Assembly: GCF_006345805.1 (NCBI RefSeq)
Contig: NW_021833076.1
Span: 84,758 to 148,757, forward strand
Reading direction: 5' to 3'
Source: Octopus sinensis
Taxonomy: Eukaryota
DNA: 64,000 nucleotides
Each line of letters opens with the position of its first letter. Position 1 is the first letter of the stretch. The notes beneath the pieces were generated by a model, which worked only from the letters and a program-made list of their open reading frames with translations, was not told where the DNA came from and made no database searches. Of this stretch, positions 38,514-50,655 are shown one piece after another. The position numbers and the translations under genes were made by a program.

Positions 38514-40430
38514 CAGTAAAGCCTCTGGTGCTCGCCACCTCTGTTACTCGCCACCTCTATTGCTCGCCACATATTTTTCAAAAAATTAAAAATTTCTAGT
38601 AAATTTTGATAAATATTCTATTGCTCGCCATTTTCTAAATCTCGCAATTAATTTTTTAAAATATTTTTTTGGTTAAACTATTTTTTATAAAATATTTCAT
38701 CCACGCTAAATTCAATATGCGTAAGTGCGCAAGATTGTCTTTTAATGAAAAATGTCGCATTATTGCGTACATGGAGGAGAACAAAAGTCTCACGATGGAC
38801 CCTTATAGCTTACATTTTTTCTTCTGTTTTGAAGAACAAAATATCTCGAAGGGCTGTGAACGATTTAAGACTTGGAAAAGAGAAAATAATGTCTACTGAT
38901 CCTATTTTCTCCAATAAGAAGAGATTATCTAATCTAACTTATTCTGTTATTGACACCGAACTATTAACTTGGATGGAATATATTGAGCTTAGAGGGGGGT
39001 TTCTGGACGATAATTCAATTTTGTTGAAAGAAAAGAACATTGCTAATATTTATGGAATTAAAGAGTTTAAAGCCAGCAATGGATGGCTAAGCAAGTTCAA
39101 GATACGGAACAACTTAAAATTGAGGACTTTACATGGAGAATCAGGATCTACTGCAGTTGATCAGAAACAAGAAATTGATGCATTTACTTCTTTGATCTCT
39201 GCAAAGATTCGACAATATAATGCTGAAAACATTTATAACGCTGATGAAACTGGGATTTTTTACAAATCTATCCCTTCAAAAAGTGTTTGTCAGAAGGTCC
39301 CATATGGACATAAAATCCTTAAAGAATGGTTTAATTTTTATTTATTTTTTTAGATTTTCTTTGTTGCTATGCTCAAATATGACTGGGACAGACAAAAAAT
39401 TCTACTTATGATTGGAAAGTTCCAGAAACCTCGCTGGTTTAAAAATTTTAAAGTCGAAAATTTTGTCGATTACTGTCATTCACCAAAAGCATGGATGACA
39501 AGTAAAATTTTTAAGGAATGGCTTTTAACATGGGATAGGCATCTAAAGAAACGAACAAATTCTTTTAGTTGTAGATCGATGCCCATCCCATAAACTTTAC
39601 GCTGATTTACAGTCAATTGAAGTTCTTTACCTACCTTCGAAGACTACAACAATTCTACAACCAATGGATCAAGGAATCATTAGATCCTTCAAAGGACATT
39701 TTAATAAACTTAAATTTGAGTTAATGTTAGAAAAAATTGAAAATGGAAAAAATCCACTGGAAGCACATAAAAAATTAACATTAAAAGACGGTCTTCTTTT
39801 TACATATTTTGTCTGGAAAAAAGTAACGACCAAAACAATTACAAATTGTTTCGAACATTCAAAATGGATCGAATGTGAAAATCAACTCGAAAGACCAACT
39901 GTTGAAATTGATAATTATGATCAAATGGTAAATATCTTGAAAATATTGGACCGTCTGGATAAAGATGTTTTTATTAATCATGAATTTACCGAAATAGATG
40001 AAATTGAAGATTACCTTAATATTGCTGGAGATTCTTTTTCACAAAAATATGACGATGAAGATACTCATAATGACGAATCTCATGTGAATTCAGAAGAGGC
40101 TTTGAAAATGTTGAAAAGAATAAAGTCATTCTTTTATCAAAATGAAAATTTTGATATAAATTCGTTGGAACTAATCGACACCGTTATTAGAAATATGGCT
40201 GAATTAAAAAAAACTATTAAATATTTTTTTAGTTAATTTTTTCCTTTTAATTTCTTTCAATTCTCTTTGTTTCTTCGCTCAAATATGACTTGAAAGGCTC
40301 ACTTATGATCGGAAAGTATCGAACACGGAGATGTTTTCAAAATTTCAATGTCAACAAATTTATTGATTATTTATATTGCTCGCCATTTTTTCTTCGGTCC
40401 CGAAAATGGCGAGCAATAGAGGCTTTACTG
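38514..40430 (+). mobile_element. Complete pogo/Tigger element (lineage B, 1.9 kb) with 25-nt intron
   Basis: TA TSD, TIRs CAGTAAAGCCTCT..TGCTCGCCA, FKASNGWL, YNADETG, PKAWMT, LQPMDQGII; subterminal CTCGCCA repeats. Confidence 0.93.
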
Positions 40431-40879
40431 TACCTTTATTTTGTGCATCAATTTATCTACGAATAAAACGCCTCATCTTTATCTTATTTTTTCCATGTGA
40501 ACAGAAACCTCTCTGACGACTAATCTACGGAGACAATTAAAAGAAAACACCAAAATACCGTAGATAATATGGTCCAGGATGTGCTTGGAGCACATGAAAT
40601 GGTCACTGGTGACTTCTTAGTTCATCTTCTATCGTTCCAGGGCTTAATTGACAAAGTTAACAGTGAAGACCGGAAACAATGGGCTTGTGATGTCGTCAGT
40701 TTAAAAGGATACCCAGGGGTGGATGGCCACTAATTACCCAGTCCTTCAATAAGAAGTTTGGGACATCGAAATCGGTAGCCAACCTCAAGGCCTTGCTTTC
40801 AACTAGAAATGCTGGAAACCCAGTATGTGGCCTGCTACCTGAACAGGCTGAAATCTCCATTTTTGGAAAATGTTTTGAA

Positions 40880-41969
40880 GAATTTTGTTCACAAATTGGG
40901 CGAATACGTACAACCGAAAGGAAGCTCCGTTTCCCAACAAGGAAAATTCCAAGAGAACTGTTGAAAAAGTGATGAAACCACTACTATATACGATAAAGAG
41001 AAAAGGAGAAGGCTCAGGACGCTTAAAAATCGTTTTTGCTTCAAAGTTCCTTAAAAAACGTATATAAAAGTTGGAAATCAAAAACTGCGTTTTTTTACCC
41101 TAGAAGAAAGTGAACTAAAGTTAAAAATTATTGAGGTATTCATTTTAAAACAATTGAAGATCGAGCATATGAATACTCATTTTGGTAGAGACAGAAATAT
41201 ATTCGGTAACAAGGGAAGAAATTTGTAGTGTGATAGAAAAATGTGTCTATTGCCAAGTAATGTTGTTAATCAATGTCGAAAATTTCATGGCAACAAAACC
41301 AACTATCACCTCCATAATTCCAAGAGGACCTAGAGATCGATATATTCCAGATTTAGTGGATCTAAGAGATATTCAAACTTTAACAGCAATTATGGATGCG
41401 TCTTTTTTGGCAGGTGGAGAGGTTTCTTATAGTAAATTTATTTGTAGGTTTAATCAATCAAGGAATTTTATCAAGAAATTGTATGCAAGTATAACACTAC
41501 ACAACATGAAACTACGAAATGAGCCCTTTTCAAAATTTTTATGGGGGATAAAAGAGATTCGGAAATAACAGAAGATCAAATAAATGCATTGTTAATGTTC
41601 GACGGAACAAATGCAGAACTAAGTGATGAGTCAAATTCGAATTATTTTGAGAATGACGATAAAAGTATTGAGAAACAAGTACATGAAAACCTTGTTAAAG
41701 CTGGAGAGAAAATGAAAAAACGTCGTAAGTGAAAATATGACGCAGAAGACATTGAAATTGGAGATGCAGTGCTGCTGAAACACGACAGGGATGATAACCC
41801 CGGTAACCGTAGATACCCATTATATGACGAACTGAATATAAATAAGTACACATTTTCAGAAAAATTTGAAACTACGTGTACTATTAATAAAGATAATGGA
41901 GAAACAGTATCAAACGTGCATCTAAGTAGATTAAAAAATTTGATTAAAATTTTGAATTTTTTTAAATGA
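40880..41969 (+). mobile_element. Ginger2/GIN-like integrase remnant
   Basis: HMNTHFGRD...VIEKCVYCQ (H2C2), RGPRDRYIPDLVDL, C-terminal IEIGDAVLLKHD...VHLSRLK; internally deleted. Confidence 0.65.
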
Positions 41970-42169
41970 ATTAATTCTTTATTTTTTGTTGGCTGCCATT
42001 AAATAAATCATATTTTATTTATTTTAAAAATGTATACCTGCAAATGAATGATGTGTGATTTATGTAGCACACAGAAATATAAAAACTAATTAAAAAAAAG
42101 AAGAAAATCAAGTTAATTATATTTTCAGATGATTTTTAGATTATATTTATATTTTTATGCAGGACAGTG

Positions 42170-43766
42170 CACATATGAAAGCCTCACCAACAAGACCAGA
42201 CCTAAGAATAACTGCGAAGAATTAATGAAGGGGAAAATCGCCAAATTTAAACTACAGCTTGAGCAAGTCCTAACTGCTAACGAAATGATGATGAAGAAGA
42301 AACTCGCTGACGAACAGCGTGACACCTTGTGGCTAACAAAAATCAAAAAAAGGAGATATCGATAGGATTGTTTCTTTAATCCGGGATAAGATTAAAATCA
42401 TGGAAAAGAAAATGAGGGTTTACGACTCAAGAAAGGAATTCAAAAAAGCGAATTGGTGTTATGAACTAAATAAAGACGGTTCTATAGATCAGTCAGTGGG
42501 AATAATAAGAAGGCGGTAATTAATTTTAATCAAGGACCACCATCTGGAGTAAACATGAACGGAGAGAAATCATTTTTCCGGTTACGAAAAGAGTCATTGG
42601 CTCTGAGAATACTTTTGCCGAGTTTCCAATGAAGGAATTATTGATATTATAAAAGCTTTCCCAAATTGAAAAGAAAGCGGATTTGATGGAGTTTAAAACT
42701 TTTTATAAAGAGCTTCACTGCTGTCCTGAGACCAATTACGTGTATACCCAACCTGTATAAACTGATGACAAAGTGTGTGAACAGCAAATTATCCGAATAT
42801 ATCAAAGCATATGGTCTTGTTAGCGACAATCACCTTGGAACACGAAGAATGTGTCAAGGAACGAAGGAACAGGCAATCTTAAATTATTGTATCAACCAGC
42901 AAAATGAGAATAAGCTATTTTGTATGTGGATTGATGTGAGGAAAGCATTTGACTCAGTCGACCACGAATTCTTAATCCAGACCCTGCAAAACTCTGGCCT
43001 CCCGTGTTGGATGGTAATGTTTATCAAGAAACTCACTACCAAATGGAAAATTAGTATAAATTTGGAAAACAGAACACTGGGAGAAGTTAAATCAATAGAG
43101 GTATACTGTAAGGAGATTCTCTCTCACCTCTGATCTTTGTGCTGTTGATGGACCCTCTAAGCCGAATGCTCAACAGAAAATTTCCGAAAGTAATGATGGG
43201 AAACTCAGCCCCATATGCTACTAACCATCTTCTTTTTATGGACAATATAAAGCTATTTTCGCGTGTCTATGGAGAAGCATCGAAGAGGATTAAAAACCTG
43301 ACCCAAACTAAATTAAATTCTGTGAACTTGCTCAAGGCTATAAAGTTTATAGTTATAGAGTCTATAACTATTATATTGGTTTGATTGATATTGAGCCTGG
43401 AGAGTTCGAGCAGATCGATAAAAATATTCGTCGAATTCTTATGGACAATAATATCCACTTGAAACCCCCAAACAAAGAAAGACTTTGGAGAGGCCTGAAG
43501 TCGGTTAGTAATAAGTCTGAGAAAATGCTTCTTCAATTTTATGGTGATTTGAAACATAAGGCAAACTACTGCCTAAGAAGAGCAGGAATTCTGCGGGTCA
43601 TCAATTCAAAGAAAACGCATATGGCCACTATCGTAGAATTCTTGTCTCGAAAATACAATGAAAATGTGAATGAACTGAAAATATCGGACCTGGTGAAACT
43701 TCAACGTGAATAACTGGAAAAATCGAAAAGAAGCCCTTGCACTCTACTTTGTTTGAATGTCTAAAG
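42170..43766 (+). mobile_element. R4-like non-LTR retrotransposon, deleted RT fragment
   Basis: CQGTKEQAILN, WIDVRKAFDSVDH, NHLLFMDNIKLF, HLKPPNKERL; ends abruptly at the hAT. Confidence 0.85.
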
Positions 43767-44267
43767 CAGAGGTTGTCAAACGGTGTGCCGCGAGACGATT
43801 TCTAGTGTGCCGCCTGACAAATACAAATTTGAACAATTTTTTTCTCCAAATTAATTCAAAAAGATAAACAAATTTCGCTATTTAATGATCGATCCTTAAG
43901 ATTAAAGATGACGGAGTTAGATATTGGAGAATTCTGGATATATATTTAAAACATATCCCAGTTTATCAAAACAAGCACTGACCATAATTTTACAGTTTTC
44001 AACGACCTATTTATGCGAAGCAGGTTTTTCTAAGCTGCATAATATGAAATATAACAAACGCGAAAGTTTGAGAAACATTGATGCTGAAATGCGGGTGGCT
44101 TTGTCAACCATTCGACCTGATATTGATGATATATGCAACAACAATAATAATTAAGTCTTAATTAGTTTTACATATCTTAAAAATTTATTTTTTTTATTTT
44201 TAATGTGCGCCGTGGATTATTTTTTTAAGATTAGTGTGCCGCGAGAATTATTTTTTGAAAAGCTCTG
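43767..44267 (+). mobile_element. Non-autonomous hAT (Buster-like), 501 bp
   Basis: TIRs CAGAGGTTGTCAAA / TTTGAAAAGCTCTG, subterminal GTGTGCCGCG, remnant FSTTYLCEAGFS; flanks GTCTAAAG and TTGTAAAG match 6/8. Confidence 0.85.
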
Positions 44268-44652
44268 TTGTAAAGGGTCTCTACCCCTCCTGCCTTTGGA
44301 GAGGGAGGAGTAGACTTTGCAGGAGATTCCCAAAAGACGACTGCTGAATTGAAAGCAAATTATTCATCGTGGAATGTCAGTAACTACCAATATCTTTGGA
44401 CCGGAGTTCTGTCTCTGTGACTGAAGGACTGTCGAAGGCAGGATAAAGTAACTTTTTCTGAGGAGAATGGTGAGGAATCGGTTACTCTATCCACTCAAAC
44501 TGACATATTCGGTCGACACCCGGTCTGGTGTGGGTATCGCGTTGGAGGAGTGCGAAGTGAACTTGTTTGCACGTGTCAGTGATATCAAAGTGAATGTGTA
44601 GGGTGGCCGTAGTGACAATTGCAGTTTCCTCGGGGAAGATGAAGATTCCACT

Positions 44653-44770
44653 AAACCAGACCTAACACTAGAGACCCCCATCCTGACTTGGATGACGCGA
44701 ATTGGTAGTCTAGTCAATTTGGTCATTTCTTCCAATGTATGACGCGATGGCTTTCTTTCACTTTCGTACA
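44653..44770 (-). pseudogene. Duplicated fragment of the LHX homeobox including its intron
   Basis: Near-identical to 56599-56715 (YESERKPSRHTLEEMTKLTRLPIRVIQ|VWF), same orientation. Confidence 0.9.
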
Positions 44771-45597
44771 TCATATGGTAAAGGAGCACTCACAACTTGA
44801 ATCCATCATATGATCGTCCCAGGACCAACTTTTGGGTGGAATAGGCGAGAGTGCCACAGGCGAAGGTGCGGAAACTGTTCGGGTTTATATTTTAGCTTGG
44901 AGAATACTCGAAAATATTTACCCCAAGTTATGTCACATGTGCCGTTAATTTATTATATAATTTTTGTGAGAAAATAAGAGACTCTTATCCTGAAATAGAT
45001 TTAATGATAGCTACTGTAGAAAATTAATTAATGACTAGAAAGTCCTTATTAAGCCAATTGCGATCTTCCATTGCGGAAGGTACAATTTATCTAGCTATAA
45101 AAAGTGTGCAAACATCAGAGTAACAAGAGAGAAATTAATAAACGTGTCTAATTTTAGTTAAATTAAATTTTTTTTTATCAAAAGATAACTTTATTTCTTG
45201 TCAATTTCTAGTTTTTAATACAAAAAATTCACCAAGTTTCCAGATTTTTGGGGGTAGCCAAAGACGCCGAGATTAGTCGTTTTGATGAGTTTTTGATTGT
45301 CACTTATGATTTCAGACTTGTCTATGTACTTAATTAAACAGTCAATAAAATACTTGTTGAGGAAGCAACTTATGTTATTACCACGGAGGAAATCAAATAA
45401 AATCTCTTGGAATTCATTAGCACAGGTGTTCTCAACCGGGGGCGAAAATGTTGTACAGGGGGGCGATAATATATTTAATAAAATATTCGAATTTTAATAT
45501 AATTCAAGTATTTATAATAATGTTTCAGATTTATTAATATTTTTTCTATAGTGTTTATCCTTAAATTTTATATTTAAAATTTACATTCTTGTTTGGT

Positions 45598-47386
45598 GAA
45601 CAAGACAAACTTCACTAACAAACTCGACTTAATAGCTGCAGGAATTGAACAGCTAAAGGACTCTTCAAAAATGTTTACGGCAACCGCCTACTCAACAGGA
45701 AAAAACAAACTAACAAACTCAAAATCCATGACAGCAATGGAAGATTCATCACAAATCCCAAAGAGCAGGCTGAATATATAGCCTCGTATTTCGAGAGTAT
45801 ATTAACCGCTCACGGAGAAATATCCGATTACACCAGCGGATACACCACTCATCTCAGCCTACCTATCACCACCGGTGAAGTATCAACTGCAATAGCCAAA
45901 CTTAAAAATGGCCGCTCCTCTGGACCGGATGGAATAAATTCAGAACTGTTTAAATACGGACCGCCTGCACTAACAGACAAACTGGCGGAGCTACTCAATG
46001 GTATGTTTATGAAAAAGGAATTCCTCGGTCTTGATTCCGGATTATTAATACCGATCCAAAAGCCTAACAAGCAGGCTGGGCCTGTCGAAAATCTACGCCC
46101 TATAATCTTGCTAAACACCTTACGGAAACTTTGGGATTAGTTACACTGAACCGAATAAGAGAACAAGTGGACAACTATCTATCCCCGAGTCATAGTGGAT
46201 TTAGGACAGGAAGATCCACCGCCGATGCTGTCTGGGCCACAAGTGGTACTGCGCTATCACCCAGAGATACAAAAGTGCAACAACAGTCCTGGGAATAGAC
46301 CTGTCTAGGGCCTTTGACACGGTACGCCGTGGTCTACTCCTCAAAATACTGGAACATTCCTGGACCCTGACTCTGTCAATATGATAAGAGTACTACTATC
46401 GAACACAAAGCTCAAGGTGCGGGTCGGCACGGCGTTTTCCCGTGAATTCACGTGCAACGTCGGTACCCCTCAGGGAGACGCCCTCTCGCCGTTGCTATTC
46501 GTGATCTATCTGGAGACGGCACTACGAGACCTTCGAAAATTCTATGCTGGCAATATCGTCGAAATTGTATATGCAGATGACGTCGACTTCGTGTCAGACG
46601 ACAAATCGGCCTTACTTCGACTCCTTGAAGTGGCACCTGCTGAGCTGAACAGATGGTTCCTTAAAATGAACGTTGGAAAAACCGACATCGTTGAAATCAT
46701 GAGGATGGAGAGCAGCTCAAGTGAAGCCTGGCGCAAAACGAACAAACTCGGTTCTCTACTTGGGGACGGCCATGATATTGTCAGAAGAAAGGCTCTCGCT
46801 TGGGCCACGATGAACAAGATAAAGAAAGAGTGGATCGGCAAACGACGACTCTGTACGTCACTTCGTCTGAGGATGTATGAAGCCTTTGTCAAACCAATCC
46901 TGACATATAATTCGGCGACCTGGGGAATGTCTAGTACTGAACAACGTGGACTCGATTCTTTTCACCGCAGGCAACTTAGATCCCTACTGGGATTGAACTG
47001 GCCTATAAGAATCAACCAGGAATCGCTATACAATAGATGCAGAACTGGCCCTCTGAGTGTGGAAATCGTTAATATGCGGTGGAGGTTATTTGGCCATATT
47101 CTACGAATGGACATGCTTCCCCAGCTAACATAGCAATGGAGGGCTACTTCCTGAAAGAGGGATCGAGCTTCCGTGGACGTCCACGTGTTACGCTGCCGAA
47201 AACACTTGACGGAGACCTGAAATGTGTGAAGAAAAGGCTAAGGAGTGGTGAGGATCTGGACGAGCTGAGGAAACTCGCTCACGACAGAGGAGGTTGGAGG
47301 AGGCTGGTTCAAAGGATTGTTTTTAATGCTGCACGAGTAAAATTATAACTAATATGATTCTACGTATGTTGCAAATAATAATAATA
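45598..47386 (+). mobile_element. RTE-like non-LTR retrotransposon, RT-only copy 1
   Basis: 13-bp TSD ATTCTTGTTTGGT (45585-45597, 47387-47399), (TAA)n tail, GIDLSRAFD, GTPQGDALSP, YADD, RWRLFGHILR, RGRPR. Confidence 0.92.
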
Positions 47387-47399
47387 ATTCTTGTTTGGT

Positions 47400-48226
47400 A
47401 TCTGAAATGACGAAACTAACCAATAAAGCAATTTCCTCAAGAACAGTTATAAGAAATCTTAATGAAAATGGTATATTTGGACGTATCGCAAAAAATAAGC
47501 CATTTTTGAATATAAGACACACTAAAAAAAGATTAGAAATAACGAAAAGATTCTTGCCATTTCTGATGAAAAATGGAAAACCACAATTTTCTCAGATGAA
47601 TGCATTTTTTACGCCAATCCAAACAAAACTCGAAAAATAGTATATAGGAAGAGCGGTGAACAACTTAATTCTAAAAATATTCAACAACAGTGAAATTTGG
47701 AACAGGTTGATTTGGCTTGAAAACAAAAAATAGGGAAAATCATGATATGGGGATGTTTTTCTTTTAACGGCGTCGGAGAATTAGTTTTTGTTGACGGAAC
47801 ATTGAATTCTGCAAAATATTTAAATCTTTTAGTCAACAGCTACCGAGATCAGTTGCAAAAATGGGACTTAATGACTTTGTTTTCAACAGGATAATGCACC
47901 GTGTCATACAGCGAAGTTAATCATGAATTATTTTGATAAAGAAAATATAAAAACACTAGACTGGCCATCCCAGTCACCTGATCTAAATCCAATTGAGCAT
48001 TTATGGGCTCATATAAAAGCGGAACTCAGTAAAATCGATTTGAAAAATGCTGAAGAATTAAAGCAGGAACTTCTTCATATTTGGGAAAAATTCCTAAATA
48101 TTATATTGAAAAACTTGTTTTATCTATGAAAAAACGTTGTTGGGATATTTTTATGGCAAAAGGAGGAAATACCAGATATTAATTACAAAGTTTTTAATTT
48201 GAATCATTTTTTTTGTCACTGACATA
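47400..48226 (+). mobile_element. 5'-truncated Tc1 transposase (Tc1a) with a 28-nt intron
   Basis: IFSDEC, spliced TVKFGTGKIMIWGCF, FQQDNAPCH, WPSQSPDLNPIEHLW. Confidence 0.88.
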
Positions 48227-48228
48227 TA

Positions 48229-49759
48229 CAGTCTGTACCAAAACATTATAATATTGGCAAATTTATCAATAAATCATTTGTATCTCTACTTATATCAATT
48301 TTTAAGTGTTAATTTTTAGCATGTAATTTCTAAATTGACTTATCTAACTATTCTTAAATAAATTAATTCTTAAAAATATATTACATGCTAAAAATATATT
48401 GTCATGTACCAAAACATTATAATAATTTTTGTCATGTAACAAAAGATTATAATATTTCTAGTATTTGATGTTTTTCCCTCGAGATTTTAGTACAGCATCT
48501 ACTCTTTTTGCATTGATTCATTAAAATTTTTATTTCTTCAATTTTAATTTCATTCCATATGATTTTCAGTTCATTTTTTAGATCCTCTATCGTTTTTATT
48601 CCAAGAGCCATAACTTTTTGTTTCATTATTCCCCAAAGATTTTCGAATGGATTAAGATCAGGCGAATTAGGAGGCCATTTCATAGATTAATTTTTTGGTT
48701 TTGAATCCACTCAATCGTATCTTTTGCAGTGTGTGCAGGAGCATTGTCCTGTTGAAAAATGTAATTACATCCATCATACAACTTTTGACCAGTTGAAATT
48801 AAATTTTTTTCTAATATTTCTCTGTATACTAATCCATTTACAGTTGAATCAATAATTGAAAGCGGGCTCAACCCATTAAAACTCATCGCTGCCCACACCA
48901 TAGCTCCTTTTCTGTAATGAAGCTTTTGATTTATGCATGAAGGATGAATTGTTTCATTTCTTTTACGCCAAACATACGCACCTTTTTCACCAATTGACAG
49001 CAGAAACTTAGATTCGTCAGAAAAAATAACTTTGGACCACTGTTCTATAGTCCAGTTTATTCTCCCTTTAGCCCAAGCTAATCTTTGCTTCTGTTGTTTT
49101 AATGTTAGGAAGGGCTTGCAAACAGGGGTTCTGGAAAAAAATCCCAATTGGTTTAGACGTCTGCTTATTGTCATTCGGCTCAAATTAATTCCATGTGGAA
49201 TAAGTTTTTCGGAAATTTCCTTAATAGAGATGAATCTATTTTCCATCAAAACTCTTTGAATAACTCTTTCTTCTCGTGAAGACGTTAATTTCGGCCTTCC
49301 CTTTCCGACACGATTTTTTTTCTCGTTATTCTGCTTTCGCAACACGTTGGAAACTGATCCTTGTGAGCAATTTGTGATTTCCGCGATTTTGTTTTGACTA
49401 AGTCCAAAGGTATGGAGATTTAAAATAATTTTTTTGGTATCAAATGACAAGTCGCTTTTTTGTCCCTTGTCAATTAAATAATAACGTGTTAAATTTAAAA
49501 TAAATTTGTTTTTGTATGAAAAATATAAAAATTATTATAATGTTATGGTACATGACAGAAATTATTATAATGTTATGGTACATGACAATTTGAATCACCC
49601 CAACCAGTGATCTTGTAAAATCAAATAATTTTTTAAATAGTTAAAGAAAGTAAATTTGAATTTGGATGTAAAAAATTAAGTCATAAAAATGGATATTTGT
49701 GAAAATAGAGTTATATTTTAACTAAATTTACGAGTATTATAATGTTTTGGTACAGACTG
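48229..49759 (-). mobile_element. Complete Tc1 element (DD34E) with IR/DR ends, one frameshift
   Basis: TA TSDs, terminal CAGTCTGTACCAAAACATTATAATA at both ends, three GTACCAAAACATTATAATA-like repeats per end, FSDESKF / QQDNAPAH / SPDLNPFE with 34 residues between D and E. Confidence 0.95.
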
Positions 49760-50655
49760 TACTAACATATTGTGTGTTGTGCTTTTATTTTCCAATTAAT
49801 GTAATTAGCAAATATTTTATTAAAATTAAATCATAATAATTACAACTAATCTACTAAGTTTTTTGAAATTAGAATATTTATAAGATTTTCAAAGAAAAAC
49901 TAAATATGAATTTTGAATCATTTTTTTTGGCGAGGAGTGTAAGATGTCTTCTCGCTCAAATAAGAAAAGTCGTCATTATCAAAACGAATATTTAAAATAT
50001 GGGTTTATTCAAAGTACTGAAGATACAAAACAGCCTTATTGTCTTATTTGTCAATGTTCTTTCTCAAATGAGGCGATGAAGCCATCACGATTACAGGATC
50101 ATCTAAAACGCAAGCACCCGGATAAAATATCAAAGCCGATTGAATATTTTCAAAATTTAAAATACAAGATTATATGTCCTGATTTACATCAATCTTTAAA
50201 TATTGTAATTAAAACAATTAACAGAATAAAAACACGAAGCAAATGTGATCGTCTTTTTAGAAAGTTTTGTAAGGATGCTGGTGAAGATTTTATTCGACTT
50301 TTATTACACACGGAAGTAAGATGGCTTTCAAAAGGAAATGCTTTAGAAAAATTTGTTAATCTTTACGATGCAATAGTCGCATTTTTGCAGACTGAAGAAG
50401 ACTTGGTTTTGGCAGAAGAGATAATTTCACGAAAAAATGATATATTCTATTTGAATTGGATTTTTACAAAATTTAATGAAATTACTATTCTTCTTCAAGG
50501 AAATTTTGTCAACATGATTGATTGCAAAAAAATAATGAAAACATTTGCAAGAAAATTATTGCTTTATCGACATAATTTTTCTATAAATCAGTTTGGAAAC
50601 ATTTCACAACTATCTGAGATAAGTAAATATTTTAGTCAAAACAATATTATGTGAC

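Noticed and set aside
23940-47120. Frameshifts in Vingi, RTE copy 1, Tc1 and Tigger ORFs as programmed frameshifting or proof of inactivity
   Set aside because: Nearly all are 1-bp losses in homopolymers and differ between the twin RTE copies (e.g. gggccac versus gggcccac), typical of long-read error; needs polishing before interpretation.
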